Shown here in pieces: positions 1 to 10,902 of a stretch of 64,000 nt of DNA. The translations under genes and the position numbers were made by a program. The DNA comes from an uncultured Thiomicrospira sp. (GTDB lineage Bacteria; Pseudomonadota; Gammaproteobacteria; CAKMZV01), in contig OZ239628.1 in NCBI GenBank assembly GCA_965195345.1, forward strand, positions 224,001 through 288,000. The letters are read 5' to 3'. The number at the start of each line of letters is the position of its first letter. Positions within the stretch are counted from its first letter, which is position 1. Below the pieces are notes generated by a model. It was not told where the DNA came from and ran no database searches. It saw only the letters and a list, made by a program, of their open reading frames with translations.

Positions 1-356
1 TTATTCTTCTTCCATTCTCCTTTGCAAGTGAGGCCGCGATTCCTCTTCTTCTGTTTTCACTGGGCGTGAAAATGTGTGATTTAAATCTTGATCATTTTAC
101 TTTGGGCATTAAAACATCTCTTTTGGTGCCTCTCGTTGGTCTCATTAGCTACTTGCTATTGCAGTCCTCGAATCTACCCCTGAATACTCTTGAATGGAAA
201 ATGCTTTTAATTTATGCCGTCTTGCCCCCAGCTCTATTAAATTATCTGATGGCAGAAAACCTTCAGATTGAGCCAGACAAAATGGCTGCAATTGTGCTGT
301 ATGGAAATGCATCCGCCGTGTTAATAATCCCTATTGCTCTATCTTTTGTTCTTTAA
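1..356 (+). CDS. AEC (auxin efflux carrier) family membrane transporter, 3' part
   Basis: Frame is open from position 3 (ILLPFSFASEAAIPLLLFSLGVK...), hydrophobic, with an 'LPPALLNYLMA' motif typical of the AEC C-terminus; the start lies upstream of the window. Confidence 0.7.
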   Translation, partial: ILLPFSFASEAAIPLLLFSLGVKMCDLNLDHFTLGIKTSLLVPLVGLISYLLLQSSNLPLNTLEWKMLLIYAVLPPALLNYLMAENLQIEPDKMAAIVLYGNASAVLIIPIALSFVL

Positions 357-502
357 ATGATCAATAATAATCCGTTTCTGCCAAAGGTTCTCGGTGATAA
401 CACCAGCATGATACAATCGAATTCGATGGACCGCTATCACTCAAACAATCAAAAGCATAATCACTGCTTTTCTTCTTTTGCCACCCAAACACCCTAAGAA
501 TC

Positions 503-1240
503 ATGTCTCTTTTAGTAGAAAAGAATACCAAAAATATACCCACCTGTGATCGCCTCATTGTCGCGCTTGATGTGGGAACAAACGCCGAAGCCAAAGCATT
601 AGTTGAATCACTTGGGGAAACCGTCACTTTTTATAAACTTGGGTTGCAAATCTTTATGGGCGGAGAGTATTTTGAATTGATTGAATGGCTCACGGAAAAA
701 GGGAAGAGGGTATTCGTCGACTTAAAGTTTTTTGATGTGCCTGAAACAGTAAAGCTCGCTGTGCGTGAGCTCGGGAAGTGTGGCGCAACATTCGCAACAG
801 TTCATGGAAATGATGCTATATTGAAAGCCGCAGTATCTGAAAAAAAGGGAATTAAAATCCTTGCCGTTACCGCTTTAACAAGCCTTGATAATTCAGACCT
901 TAAAGATTTAGGCTTTCAGGTTAATGTTAAGGATTTGGTGTTATCGCGAGCGCGCAGAGCGGAGGAATTAGGTTGTGATGGCGTTATTTCATCGGGTCTT
1001 GAGGCATCTGCCTTGCGTGAAATAACAGCAACATCATTTATCATTATCACGCCAGGAATAAGACCCTTCTTAAACTCTGATGACCAAAAAAGAACGGTTG
1101 ATGTCGAAGAAGCCTTCCTCAATGGCGCGGACTACATAGTCGTTGGAAGACCAATTAAAGAACATCATGGTTTTGATTCCAGCAAGTCTGCCGCTGCAGA
1201 TATTCAAAGAAGAATAGCCGATCTATTTACTGCATCTTAA
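503..1240 (+). CDS. pyrF: Orotidine-5'-phosphate decarboxylase
   Basis: IVALD, DLKFFDVPET (DxKxxD), TPGIR and VVGRPI motifs. Confidence 0.96.
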   Translation: MSLLVEKNTKNIPTCDRLIVALDVGTNAEAKALVESLGETVTFYKLGLQIFMGGEYFELIEWLTEKGKRVFVDLKFFDVPETVKLAVRELGKCGATFATVHGNDAILKAAVSEKKGIKILAVTALTSLDNSDLKDLGFQVNVKDLVLSRARRAEELGCDGVISSGLEASALREITATSFIIITPGIRPFLNSDDQKRTVDVEEAFLNGADYIVVGRPIKEHHGFDSSKSAAADIQRRIADLFTAS

Positions 1241-2392
1241 ATGCACAGCCAGCCAAACTAAGGACAGCACCGCGCAGCCAATAAAAACGCTGTTGCTGCT
1301 GAATAGCGAAATCAGCCCCCCTCCAAGCACACCTCCACAAAAGGCACCAAGAAATTGAGCGGATGAGTACACGCCCATCGCTGTCCCACGCATTGATGTA
1401 TCAACCTTTCGACTAATCAGAGCCGGTAATAAAGCCTCTAATGTATTAAATCCCCCGAAATAAACAGCAAGCATTGCAGCAAGCACCCAAAACTGATCGT
1501 CTAAAAATGACATCGCCAGCATCGACACAAAAATCATCAATATCGCCAAGGGGTAAACCACCCCTGTTTTTTTATGCTTCTCCGCCATAATAACCATTGG
1601 AAGCATAATGAGTAAGGAGGTGAGTACCACCCCAAAATAAACCGACCCATGCTGTTCAATGCCAACCCCCGTGCGCACCAAGACAAGAGGAACTGCGACA
1701 AATAATGCCGTCATAATTGCATGCAATGAAAAAACACCAAAGTCGATTTGTGCTAACTGGGGATTTTTAAGTGTTGCAAAAAAACTTTCTCGTGTAACTT
1801 GCCTGCTATTGCTAAGGACTCTGGGAGACGGCACGCTCAGCAGCAGCAAAAATCCACATAAAGCTAAAATTGCCGTAAGCCAGAAAATTCCAGGAACGCT
1901 GATGCTCTGATACAAAATCGGCCCCAACAATAAAGATAAGAAAAAGGCAGACCCGATGCTCATCCCAACGACCGCCATTGCTCTAACCCTTCGGTCACCT
2001 GGAATCAAGTCTGCCACTAAAGCAAGTAGTACAGAGGCTACAGCACCCGCCCCCTGTAAGGCGCGACCGATTATAACCGTTACAATATCATCTGCAAGAG
2101 CAGCAAGAATTGATCCAATAGCAAAAATAAGCAAACCCACACCAATCATTATTTTACGACCATAACGGTCGGATAAAATCCCAAAAGGAATTTGCAGACC
2201 CGCTTGCGTTAATCCATAAATACCCATCGCAAGCCCAATCATCCAACCACTTACCTCCCCGTAAGCCCCTCCTTGAGCATACAGGGTAAAAACAGGTAAT
2301 ATCATAAATAATCCAAGCATTCTCAAGGCAAAAATACCCGAAATGCTCAAAGTAACCCGTATTTCTTGTGAACCTGTGAGGGGATTATTCAT
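1223..2392 (-). CDS. MFS transporter, YajR-like
   Basis: IFALRMLGLFMILPV N-terminus, GILSDRYGRK MFS motif A, RGTAMGVYSSAQFLG. Confidence 0.88.
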   Translation of the reverse strand: MNNPLTGSQEIRVTLSISGIFALRMLGLFMILPVFTLYAQGGAYGEVSGWMIGLAMGIYGLTQAGLQIPFGILSDRYGRKIMIGVGLLIFAIGSILAALADDIVTVIIGRALQGAGAVASVLLALVADLIPGDRRVRAMAVVGMSIGSAFFLSLLLGPILYQSISVPGIFWLTAILALCGFLLLLSVPSPRVLSNSRQVTRESFFATLKNPQLAQIDFGVFSLHAIMTALFVAVPLVLVRTGVGIEQHGSVYFGVVLTSLLIMLPMVIMAEKHKKTGVVYPLAILMIFVSMLAMSFLDDQFWVLAAMLAVYFGGFNTLEALLPALISRKVDTSMRGTAMGVYSSAQFLGAFCGGVLGGGLISLFSSNSVFIGCAVLSLVWLAVHLRCSK

Positions 2393-2441
2393 TACAATGC
2401 AGGGTGGTCTTTATAAATTCTATTCATGTGGTCATTGTAAT

Positions 2442-3374
2442 ATGTTCTCATCACTTTCAGTAGACATAGCATCAATGAAGTGGCGCTCGCCTCTTTGTGT
2501 TTCTTCGGGTAATGGCGGCTTTGCTCACGAACTATCTCGGATAAATGGCTTCCCTTTCGATGCGTTAGGTGCCATTTGCCTCAAAGGAACAACCAAGGAT
2601 CCCAAAGCAGGGAACCCCGAGCCTCGTGTTTGGGAGACGGCCTGTGGATTAATCAACTCTGTTGGATTGGAAAACCCTGGTGTTGAAGAAGTAATAGAAA
2701 ACATCCTCCCTCAAACAAAAAGTTTGAGCGACAATCTAAATATTATTGCCAATGTCTGTGGATACAGCGTGGAAGAGTATGCCTATATCACCCAACAATT
2801 CGATACGTCAAGCGTTCGCGCCATTGAGATAAATATTTCTTGTCCCAATGTAAAAGGAGGTGGCGCTGTTTTTGGCAATGATCCCGTTTTGGCAGCCGAA
2901 GTTATCAGCGCTTGTCGCAACAGTACCAGCAAACCGTTGATTGCCAAGCTGTCTCCAAACCAAACGGACATCGCTCAATGCGCCAAACAATGCATTGAAG
3001 CGGGCGCGGATGTTATTTCAGCTGTTAACACCTTTTCAGGCATGGCTATCGACATTAACCAACGCAAAGCGACCCTTGGGGGGAAAAGCGGTGGCGTTTC
3101 GGGCTCTGCAATTAAGCCCCTCGCTCTGCTGCGTGTTCACGAGGTTTGGCAAATCGCGAGAGAGTTTGACGTTCCCGTTATCGGAATGGGAGGAATAAAG
3201 AGTGCTGAAGACGTCATTGCTTTTTTTATGGCGGGTGCCTCTGCCTGCGGCATCGGCTCTGCATTGGCTGGCGATACACAATTACCGTTAAAAATCGTTA
3301 AAGACTTGCGAAAATGGTTGAAAAAGCACGGAATTTCTCATATAAGTGAATTAACAGGATCGCTAACTATTTAA
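2442..3374 (+). CDS. pyrD: Dihydroorotate dehydrogenase, class 1 (1B-like catalytic subunit)
   Basis: KGTT, GNPEPR, INSVGLENPG, EINISCPNV (Cys base), KLSPN, GGVSGSAIKP; start moved to ATG 2442 to avoid overlap with the MFS gene. Confidence 0.9.
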   Translation: MFSSLSVDIASMKWRSPLCVSSGNGGFAHELSRINGFPFDALGAICLKGTTKDPKAGNPEPRVWETACGLINSVGLENPGVEEVIENILPQTKSLSDNLNIIANVCGYSVEEYAYITQQFDTSSVRAIEINISCPNVKGGGAVFGNDPVLAAEVISACRNSTSKPLIAKLSPNQTDIAQCAKQCIEAGADVISAVNTFSGMAIDINQRKATLGGKSGGVSGSAIKPLALLRVHEVWQIAREFDVPVIGMGGIKSAEDVIAFFMAGASACGIGSALAGDTQLPLKIVKDLRKWLKKHGISHISELTGSLTI

Positions 3375-3458
3375 TCGTTCTCGCTTCTTTTTATCTCTTC
3401 TATCAATGTTGCCCTTGTCTTTCTTGTGGATGTTTCATCGCCTAACCCATTTATCACT

Positions 3459-4391
3459 TTATACTTTAAAGCCCTCTTCTGTAAACTGTCCGCTTTTTCC
3501 AACCCTCGCATCTAAATGCCAATTTTCAACCGCCCAGCTTAAAATCTCATCAACGGATGTGAAAAATAAATCTTGGGGTGGGTTTTGTTGCAAAAACTGC
3601 AACCCTTTGACTAAGTTTGATCGAACATCGTTCGTGCCGTTTTGTATCGGGGGCGCAAAACTTTGCTTACTTAATTTGTTTCCTTCGTCTCCAAGCACCA
3701 CACCTATATGCGCATAACAAGGAGGTTGCTGGTCAAAGCATTGCATGAGGAATATTTGTCTGCCTGTCGTTTCCATTAGGTCGACTCCTCGCACGACTGT
3801 TGTTATTTTTTGCAGAACATCGTCGACACTTACGGCTAACTGATAAGAAAAAAAACCATTTTTTCTACGCACAATAAAATCGCCATCTTTTGATAAATCA
3901 AAGCATGTCTTTCCTTGTACACCATCGTCCCAGCAAACCTTTTGGTCTGCAATAACTCTTGTCGCTGAAGGTTCTTGTACGCGCGATAAATCACGACATC
4001 GATTGTCGTAATGTTTCGCTATCCCCTGTAGCCGCTTGCGAGGACAGTCACAAGGGTACGTGAGAGATCGATCTTGCAGGCTTTGCAGAAAGTCGATATA
4101 TATGTTTGTCCTCGCGCTTTGATAAAGCACATCACCATCCCATTGAAGTCCATGGGCATCTAAAGCAAATAGAATATCATCCTTGGCTTCGGGTGGCTCC
4201 CGTGGCGGATCAATGTCTTCTATTCTAAGGTGCCAATAACCATTTTTTGATCGCGCATCAAGAAAGCTTGCCAAGGCTGTTACCAATGACCCAAAATGAA
4301 GGGGTCCTGTGGGAGATGGCGCAAATCGCCCCACGTATTTTTTACTGTCTTTTTCTGTGTTTTTTTCACTTACTGCGTTCTTCATTGCCAC
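3459..4391 (-). CDS. gluQ: Glutamyl-Q tRNA(Asp) synthetase
   Basis: GRFAPSPTGPLHFGSL, RIEDIDPPRE, CxC, KLSKQ; no anticodon-binding domain. Confidence 0.93.
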   Translation of the reverse strand: MAMKNAVSEKNTEKDSKKYVGRFAPSPTGPLHFGSLVTALASFLDARSKNGYWHLRIEDIDPPREPPEAKDDILFALDAHGLQWDGDVLYQSARTNIYIDFLQSLQDRSLTYPCDCPRKRLQGIAKHYDNRCRDLSRVQEPSATRVIADQKVCWDDGVQGKTCFDLSKDGDFIVRRKNGFFSYQLAVSVDDVLQKITTVVRGVDLMETTGRQIFLMQCFDQQPPCYAHIGVVLGDEGNKLSKQSFAPPIQNGTNDVRSNLVKGLQFLQQNPPQDLFFTSVDEILSWAVENWHLDARVGKSGQFTEEGFKV

Positions 4392-4546
4392 TATATCCTG
4401 CTTTTTCTTGAAATAAATTCCTCAGATGAAAATTTGGTTTTTTTCTCGCTCTAAAGATAGAATACACCCTCTCACTTTAAGCTTAGAAGACTTACGAATA
4501 ACAAAAATCTTTCTTTTATAACTTCTTTTTTTCCAAAGGATTTAGT

Positions 4547-5905
4547 ATGCCCAAACACTCTGCTATTATTCTCGCCGCCGGTAAGGGGTCAAGAATGTGT
4601 TCATCAAAACCAAAAGTTCTCCATGAGCTTGCCGGGAAATCGCTGTTGGGGCGCGTTATTAGCACTGCGCACTCAACATGCGACGACCTTGTGGTGGTTT
4701 ATGGAAAAGAAAGCGAATCTATTTGTTCTCTTTTTTCCAATACGTCATGTACCTTTGCTTTTCAAAAAGAACAGCTCGGCACAGGCCATGCAGTGAAGTC
4801 AGGGCTTCCCTCCGCTCAAGGTGATTTTATTATCATTCTTTATGGAGATGTTCCTCTTATTGAGAAAGAAACAATAAATGAAATTAAACAAAAACTCGAA
4901 TCCGTTGATTTGGTTTTTTTAACGGCTGTTGTTGATAACCCGACGGGTTATGGGCGGATATTACGCAACTTTGCTGGTAACCTCATGGAAATTGTAGAAG
5001 AAAGAGACGCCAACGAAAAACAACGAGAAATCAACGAAGTTAATACAGGTGTGCTTGCTGTCCGTAAAAGCCTTCTTGCAAAGTGGCTGGATAAACTTAA
5101 CGTTGGCAACACTCAAAATGAATATTATCTCACCGATATCTTAGCGTTAGCCGTTGCTGATAATGCAAAAACTGATTCTGTTGAATGCAAAGATATTAGT
5201 GAGGTTGCTGGGGTCAATGATTTAATCCAGCTCGCAGCTCTTGAAAGAGTCTTTCAGAGGAGAGAGGCAAAAAAACAATGTCTAAAAGGGGTCTCGATTA
5301 AAGATATTGATCGCGTTGATTTTCGTGGAGACATTCTTATTGGGAGGGATACGCAGGTTGATATAAATGTTGTTTTTTCGGGAAAAGTATCAATCGGGAG
5401 TAATTGTTTTATTGGGGCTGGGTCCGTGATATCAGACACCACTATCGGCAATGATGTTGTGATCAAGCCTTTTAGCATCGTTGAGAGCTCTGTTATTCGA
5501 GACAATACCTTTGTGGGTCCCTTTGCAAGAATCCGCCCTGAAACAGAACTCGGTGAAGGTGTGCATATTGGTAACTTTGTTGAGATTAAAAAGTCAACCG
5601 TTAAAAAAGGAACAAAAATCAACCACTTAACTTATATAGGCGATGCGTCCATTGGGCAATCGGTTAATATCGGCGCTGGTGTTATTACATGTAATTATGA
5701 TGGTGTAAATAAGCACAAGACGACAATTGAAGATGGTGTTTTTGTTGGCTCGGGATCCCAAATAGTTGCTCCAGTAACCATTGGAGAAAATGCGACAGTT
5801 GGTGCTGGATCGGTTATCGTTAAGACTGTACCAGCCGATAAGCTAAGCCTTTCCAGATCTCAACAAAGAACCATTACCGAGTGGTCAAAACCTGAAAAGA
5901 CCTAA
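4547..5905 (+). CDS. glmU: Bifunctional UDP-GlcNAc pyrophosphorylase/glucosamine-1-P acetyltransferase
   Basis: LAAGKGSRM..KPKVLH, EQLGTGHAV, hexapeptide repeats, CNYDGVNK. Confidence 0.97.
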   Translation: MPKHSAIILAAGKGSRMCSSKPKVLHELAGKSLLGRVISTAHSTCDDLVVVYGKESESICSLFSNTSCTFAFQKEQLGTGHAVKSGLPSAQGDFIIILYGDVPLIEKETINEIKQKLESVDLVFLTAVVDNPTGYGRILRNFAGNLMEIVEERDANEKQREINEVNTGVLAVRKSLLAKWLDKLNVGNTQNEYYLTDILALAVADNAKTDSVECKDISEVAGVNDLIQLAALERVFQRREAKKQCLKGVSIKDIDRVDFRGDILIGRDTQVDINVVFSGKVSIGSNCFIGAGSVISDTTIGNDVVIKPFSIVESSVIRDNTFVGPFARIRPETELGEGVHIGNFVEIKKSTVKKGTKINHLTYIGDASIGQSVNIGAGVITCNYDGVNKHKTTIEDGVFVGSGSQIVAPVTIGENATVGAGSVIVKTVPADKLSLSRSQQRTITEWSKPEKT

Positions 5906-5912
5906 CCCTTAA

Positions 5913-7877
5913 GTGACTGATAATAACCTTCTTGATGGGTTAAACCCCCAGCAAATTGAAGCTGTTATTAACGTGGACTCGCCTCTTCGTGTAATTGCGG
6001 GTGCAGGCAGCGGAAAAACAAAAGTTATTGTGCAAAAGATAACGCATTTGATTAATCTTGGTTTCTCTCCTCGCAGTCTTGTTGCAATCACCTTCACAAA
6101 TAAAGCGGCTCAAGAAATGTCAATAAGGCTTAATGAGCAACTCCCAAAAGACCTGGTTCAACACATAAAAATATCAACCTTCCATGCTTTGGGGTTGAAC
6201 ATAATCCAATCCTCCCTTTTATCTTTTGACCTGCGTCCAAATTTTTCATTGTTAAATGATTTAGACTCCAAAAACCTCATAAAAGATATTGTCGGAGGTC
6301 ACAAGTCTGATTGGCTGAAGATAATTATTTCGCGAATAGATCAATGGAAAAATGGAGGAATCCATCCGCAGCAGTCTTTGGAGCTGGCTGAAAATGAAAT
6401 TGAGACTTCCGCAGCTCTCAGTTTTTTTGAATACGAGAGACAAAAGACCAAATTAAATATGCTTGACTTCTCTGACTTGCTATTAAAACCCTTGGCATTT
6501 TTGCAATCAAACAACCCCGACGCTGACGCTTGGAGAAGGCGATTTCAATATTTACTTATTGATGAATATCAAGACACAAATCGCATACAAAACGAATTAT
6601 TCTGCTGTCTTGCGGATAAAAGTAAACGATTTACCATTGTAGGAGATGCTGATCAATCAATATATTCTTGGCGGGGTGCCCTGCCTGAAAACATGACTGA
6701 AATTGAAGTACAGTTCCCTGAAATAAAGACGATTGTCTTGTCTCAGAATTATCGTTCAACCAATAATATTTTACTTTCTGCAAACCGCTTAATCAGCTCT
6801 TTATCATCTGATACCAGCAAGAAACTTTGGTCTCGTCTTGGAGATGGTCAGGAAGTAACTGTGCTTCCTTGCCACAATGACAGAGATGAAGCAAATAAAG
6901 TTTTAGAGCAAATAAGGAATGAAAGAGTCTCTCAACGAGCCGATTGGAGTAATTTTTGTATTATGTATCGATCAAACTGGCAAGGAGAGCAGTTTGAGCA
7001 AATACTAAGGCAATCGCATATCCCCTACACTGTTAGTGGCGCTAAATCGTTTTTTGACCGTTCTGAGATTAAAGATTTGATGGCCTACTTGCAACTTGTG
7101 GCCAATACATCAAACGATCAGTCTTTTCTAAGAATTATAAATAAGCCAGTAAGAAAAATCGGGAGTAAAAGTATTGAAAAGCTCGTGGACATCTCCAAAG
7201 AGAAAAATATTCCTCTTTTTGATGCTATTCCTTGGGTGAAAAAGACTGATTTTCCAGATTCAACATGGCGTTCTTTGCATTTTTTTTCAGATTGGATTCA
7301 ATCATTAGCACGCCACTCACCATTAGAAGTTTTTGATCTTCTTGTGAAAGATATTGATTATAAATCTTGGTTGGAGTTGAAAGCCGACTCACCAACGTCA
7401 GCAGAAAAGCAATGGAAAAGAGTTTCTTCTTTTAGGACGTGGATGTCTAATATTATTGGTGAGTCCGATGACATTTCCCTTTCAAGTCTTCTTTTTAAAT
7501 TGCAACTAAGCGAAAATTTTGTTGCTGAAGTCATCGGCGGAACACTTTCTCTAACAACCATACACGCTGCAAAGGGTTTGGAGTTTAGCAATGTTTTTTT
7601 GTGTGGTTTTGAAGATGGTCTACTTCCTCATAAAAACAGCACTTCAAAAACTGCCTTAGAGGAAGAGGTTCGCCTTGCTTATGTTGCAATAACAAGAGCA
7701 AAGCGGAACCTTACAATTAGCTATGCAAAGACGCGCTCGCAAGGGGGAAAGATGTACAAAACGAAACCGAGTCGTTTTCTCACTTTGATTGCTGATTCAA
7801 AGCAGGAAGAAGCTATTACCAGTCCCATAACCCCTGACAAGATGTTTCGACAGCTCCGAGACATGCTTTCAGAGTAA
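5913..7877 (+). CDS. rep: UvrD/Rep family SF1 DNA helicase (Rep-like)
   Basis: AGAGSGKT, TFTNKAA, DEYQDTN, VGDADQSIYSWRGA, QNYRS, YVAITRA; Rep-like length and C-terminus. Confidence 0.8.
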   Translation: MTDNNLLDGLNPQQIEAVINVDSPLRVIAGAGSGKTKVIVQKITHLINLGFSPRSLVAITFTNKAAQEMSIRLNEQLPKDLVQHIKISTFHALGLNIIQSSLLSFDLRPNFSLLNDLDSKNLIKDIVGGHKSDWLKIIISRIDQWKNGGIHPQQSLELAENEIETSAALSFFEYERQKTKLNMLDFSDLLLKPLAFLQSNNPDADAWRRRFQYLLIDEYQDTNRIQNELFCCLADKSKRFTIVGDADQSIYSWRGALPENMTEIEVQFPEIKTIVLSQNYRSTNNILLSANRLISSLSSDTSKKLWSRLGDGQEVTVLPCHNDRDEANKVLEQIRNERVSQRADWSNFCIMYRSNWQGEQFEQILRQSHIPYTVSGAKSFFDRSEIKDLMAYLQLVANTSNDQSFLRIINKPVRKIGSKSIEKLVDISKEKNIPLFDAIPWVKKTDFPDSTWRSLHFFSDWIQSLARHSPLEVFDLLVKDIDYKSWLELKADSPTSAEKQWKRVSSFRTWMSNIIGESDDISLSSLLFKLQLSENFVAEVIGGTLSLTTIHAAKGLEFSNVFLCGFEDGLLPHKNSTSKTALEEEVRLAYVAITRAKRNLTISYAKTRSQGGKMYKTKPSRFLTLIADSKQEEAITSPITPDKMFRQLRDMLSE

Positions 7878-7900
7878 AATGCCTCTTTTAGTATCTCCTT

Positions 7901-7977
7901 GCGCCTGTAGCTCAGCTGGATAGAGCACCAGCCTCCGAAGCTGGTGGTCGGACGTTCGAATCGTCTCAGGCGCGCCA
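7901..7977 (+). tRNA. tRNA-Arg(CCG)
   Basis: Cloverleaf, anticodon arm ccagc-CT-CCG-AA-gctgg, GTTCGAATC T-loop, encoded CCA. Confidence 0.96.
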
Positions 7978-7978
7978 A

Positions 7979-8719
7979 TCAACCATCAGGAAAAAAATCA
8001 TTAAAAGGATCTTCTTTCTCCTTTTTATCCTCTATTCCTAAAAAGCGGCTTCTATTCTGATAGTAAAGGTTTTTTGTGAACGAGTATCTTGCTTCTGGGT
8101 CACGAGGTAAGAGCCGATCGACAGCTAAAAACTCGCTTCTTATGGAAATAACATTTAGCACTCTTCCTGCTGTGTAATAATCAGAATCTCTCCCTATTGA
8201 AAACAGAGCAGAGTCATACTGACGCCCAATGTGGTCCCTTAGAGATGCCCCTCCAAAAAAAGGAAGTACAACGTAAGGACCTGAAGAAAACCCGTACTGA
8301 TAGAGCGTTTCTCCGAGATCTGTATTTTCAGCGGGAATTCCTAATTCAGAAGCCACGTCAAAAAAACCTAAACCTCCTATTGATGTGTTCGTCAGGAAAC
8401 GGGAAACGGTCGTGACAGAGTTATCAATCTCTCCTTGCAAAAGATGATTTGATGCATTCGAAAATTCAGAAAGATTAGAAAAAAAGTCCGACACTCTCGA
8501 TCTTAAGAAAGGAGGAACTGCCCACGAATAGGCACTCGCTAAAGGGCGTAGGAGATATTTATCAATAGTGAAATTTATATCTGTGACTGTCTTGTTGTAT
8601 CCTTTCAGAGGGTCTTCTTCATTAAAATCATTCTCGCTTGCTTTTAATGGCAATATAACTATACAACTTATTATTAAAGATAAGCAGGTGTAGTAGTAAA
8701 GCTTCTTTTTCTGAATCAT
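7979..8719 (-). CDS. mlaA: MlaA/VacJ family protein (phospholipid asymmetry)
   Basis: DPLKGYN, FFSNL, RFLTNTSIGGLGFFDVA, DLGETL, GPYVVLPFFG. Confidence 0.88.
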   Translation of the reverse strand: MIQKKKLYYYTCLSLIISCIVILPLKASENDFNEEDPLKGYNKTVTDINFTIDKYLLRPLASAYSWAVPPFLRSRVSDFFSNLSEFSNASNHLLQGEIDNSVTTVSRFLTNTSIGGLGFFDVASELGIPAENTDLGETLYQYGFSSGPYVVLPFFGGASLRDHIGRQYDSALFSIGRDSDYYTAGRVLNVISIRSEFLAVDRLLPRDPEARYSFTKNLYYQNRSRFLGIEDKKEKEDPFNDFFPDG

Positions 8720-8865
8720 TTTTTTTATTCGTTTTATATCATGATGATACGTTTTAAAACAGCCTTTACTTCTTCTTATTATGTTGTTTATTCATGGGGA
8801 TAGAATCTGTATAAGACGAAGTTCCCTAAAAAAAGGATTGTTCATTTTACGGGTTGTCGCTGAAG

Positions 8866-9246
8866 TTATTCTTTCTCTTTAAATGTTAGGCTTGCGGAGT
8901 TTATACAATATCTAAGCCCCGTTGGCTTGGGTCCATCCGTAAAAACATGCCCGAGATGTGCATCGCATTTTGCGCATTTAACTTCTGTCCGACCCATTCC
9001 AAGAGAGAAATCTGCCAGCTCTTTTATGCACATTTTGCTAACAGGTTTCCAGAAACTTGGCCAGCCTGATCCTGAGTCGTATTTCTCTGTCGACTGAAAA
9101 AGTTTTTCTTCGCAGCAAACACAGAGGTAGTCTCCAACACCCTTAAAATCATGGAATGCATTGCTGAACGGAGACTCTGTTCCTCCTTCTCTTGCTACGC
9201 GGTATTGCTGAGGAGTTAACTTTGATTTCCAACTATAATTATCCAT
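8866..9246 (-). CDS. msrB: Peptide-methionine (R)-S-oxide reductase
   Basis: [30 protein letters not shown], two CxxC; start at MDNYSW after ggag. Confidence 0.96.
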   Translation of the reverse strand: MDNYSWKSKLTPQQYRVAREGGTESPFSNAFHDFKGVGDYLCVCCEEKLFQSTEKYDSGSGWPSFWKPVSKMCIKELADFSLGMGRTEVKCAKCDAHLGHVFTDGPKPTGLRYCINSASLTFKEKE

Positions 9247-9276
9247 GTCCGATTCCTCCGTAAAAATATTCTTTGA

Positions 9277-10902
9277 ATGCCAAAAAAACATGCATTAAAA
9301 CTTCTGCCTCCTGTAATACGATGGAACGCGGGCATTCCCCAATCGATTACATATACAGATATATTCTACAACCAAAAGGGAGGAGCATTAGAGAGTAGAC
9401 ATGTTTTTTTAGAAGGATGTGGTCTGCCAGAGAGATGGAAAGGACAAAGTTGTTTTAGTATTTGTGAAATAGGATTTGGTAGCGGGCTGAACTTTTTTGT
9501 GACGTTGGACTTGTGGGAAAAAGAACGTGAAAAAGGGCAAATTCTCTGGTATATTGCTGTTGAAAAGCACCCATGGAGTAAAGAGCAGATAGAAAAAAAC
9601 ATTCAAAACTTTCCGTACTTAGCCCCCTTTGCCCAAGAAATTTACGATAAATTGCCTCCACCCTTGCCGGGCTTTTATTTGGTGCATATTGAGAAATTGA
9701 ATGTTTTCTTGTTATTCCTTCAAGGAGATGCGCGGGAGCAATTACCGAGATTAGATGCGAAAGTGGATGCTTGGTATCTTGACGGGTTTAAACCCTCTAT
9801 AGAAGATGGGTGTTGGAGTGAAGAGGTAATTGCTGAAATCAAGCGATGTTCTCATAGGGAATCAATTCTTTCAACATTTTCTTGTGCGAGGAGGATAAAA
9901 GATGTGCTTTCACGTCAAGAAATAACTTTTCAAAAAAAGGCGGGCTGTTTGGGAAAGAGAGAGTTCTTGGTTGCCACGTTTCCTGTAAACTCTCCATTAG
10001 AAAAGACATCGAAAGCAGACAGAATCAATATCTTGGGAGATGGGGTGGCTGGAAGCGCGGTTGCCAATGCAGCGAAGAGAAGAGGGATAACAAAAATACA
10101 AATTAACAAAAAAGAGGCTCTTTTACCTGCATCAACCATTCCCGTCGCATTGGTGCACCCAAGAGTAACAGAAAAGCTTGGAGGCTTATCTCAACTGTCA
10201 ATACAAGGGTATTTCTATTTAAAAGATTGGCTAAAAGAGGCGATGCCTTCAAAAGATTATCGATTAGAGGGCGTTTTTTGTATTGATAAGGAGGGAAATA
10301 AAGAGCTCGAAGAGGGCGGGTTTGTTTTTATGGATTCGTTTAAAAAGACATTGCGAGGAAAGACGGTGCCTCAAGCAACATTAGATAAAAGCGTTGAGGA
10401 AAATGTCGAAAAAGGCTTTTTAAACTCTTCAGACCCATCTGTTATTGCTATCGGGGCGAGTGACGTAGACCCCCAATGGATTATTCACGGATCGGTTCTT
10501 ATTGTTTCATACAAAGAGGCGCACAACATTGTTAATCCAATACACTTAGATGGATACATAATACCGATGGACGAGAAAACAGTCTTAGTTGGATCAACCT
10601 TTGCCGTAGAAAGTGAAGATAAAAAGCAAGCTATAGATCGCCTAATGCTCAAGCTAAAGCTTTTTTCGCTTTCTACTAAAGGCATAAAGGGGGTAAAATT
10701 GTGGCAAGGGCGGAGGGTTAATAAGCCAGGAAGGTACCCCCTATGCTTCAAAAGAGGCAACACATGGCTTTTAAACGCCTTGGGCTCGCATGGCGTTACG
10801 CGATGTATGATCATGGCAGAGCATATTGTAAGCAAGATGACGGGTCAGCCAGACCCAATACCGAGAGATATTTCAAAACATTTTAATAGGAAGGAAAAAT
10901 GA
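9277..10902 (+). CDS. mnmC: MnmC-like tRNA mnm5s2U34 methyltransferase with shortened oxidase domain
   Basis: [33 protein letters not shown]; C-terminal ILGDGVAG and ALGSHG. Confidence 0.8.
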   Translation: MPKKHALKLLPPVIRWNAGIPQSITYTDIFYNQKGGALESRHVFLEGCGLPERWKGQSCFSICEIGFGSGLNFFVTLDLWEKEREKGQILWYIAVEKHPWSKEQIEKNIQNFPYLAPFAQEIYDKLPPPLPGFYLVHIEKLNVFLLFLQGDAREQLPRLDAKVDAWYLDGFKPSIEDGCWSEEVIAEIKRCSHRESILSTFSCARRIKDVLSRQEITFQKKAGCLGKREFLVATFPVNSPLEKTSKADRINILGDGVAGSAVANAAKRRGITKIQINKKEALLPASTIPVALVHPRVTEKLGGLSQLSIQGYFYLKDWLKEAMPSKDYRLEGVFCIDKEGNKELEEGGFVFMDSFKKTLRGKTVPQATLDKSVEENVEKGFLNSSDPSVIAIGASDVDPQWIIHGSVLIVSYKEAHNIVNPIHLDGYIIPMDEKTVLVGSTFAVESEDKKQAIDRLMLKLKLFSLSTKGIKGVKLWQGRRVNKPGRYPLCFKRGNTWLLNALGSHGVTRCMIMAEHIVSKMTGQPDPIPRDISKHFNRKEK

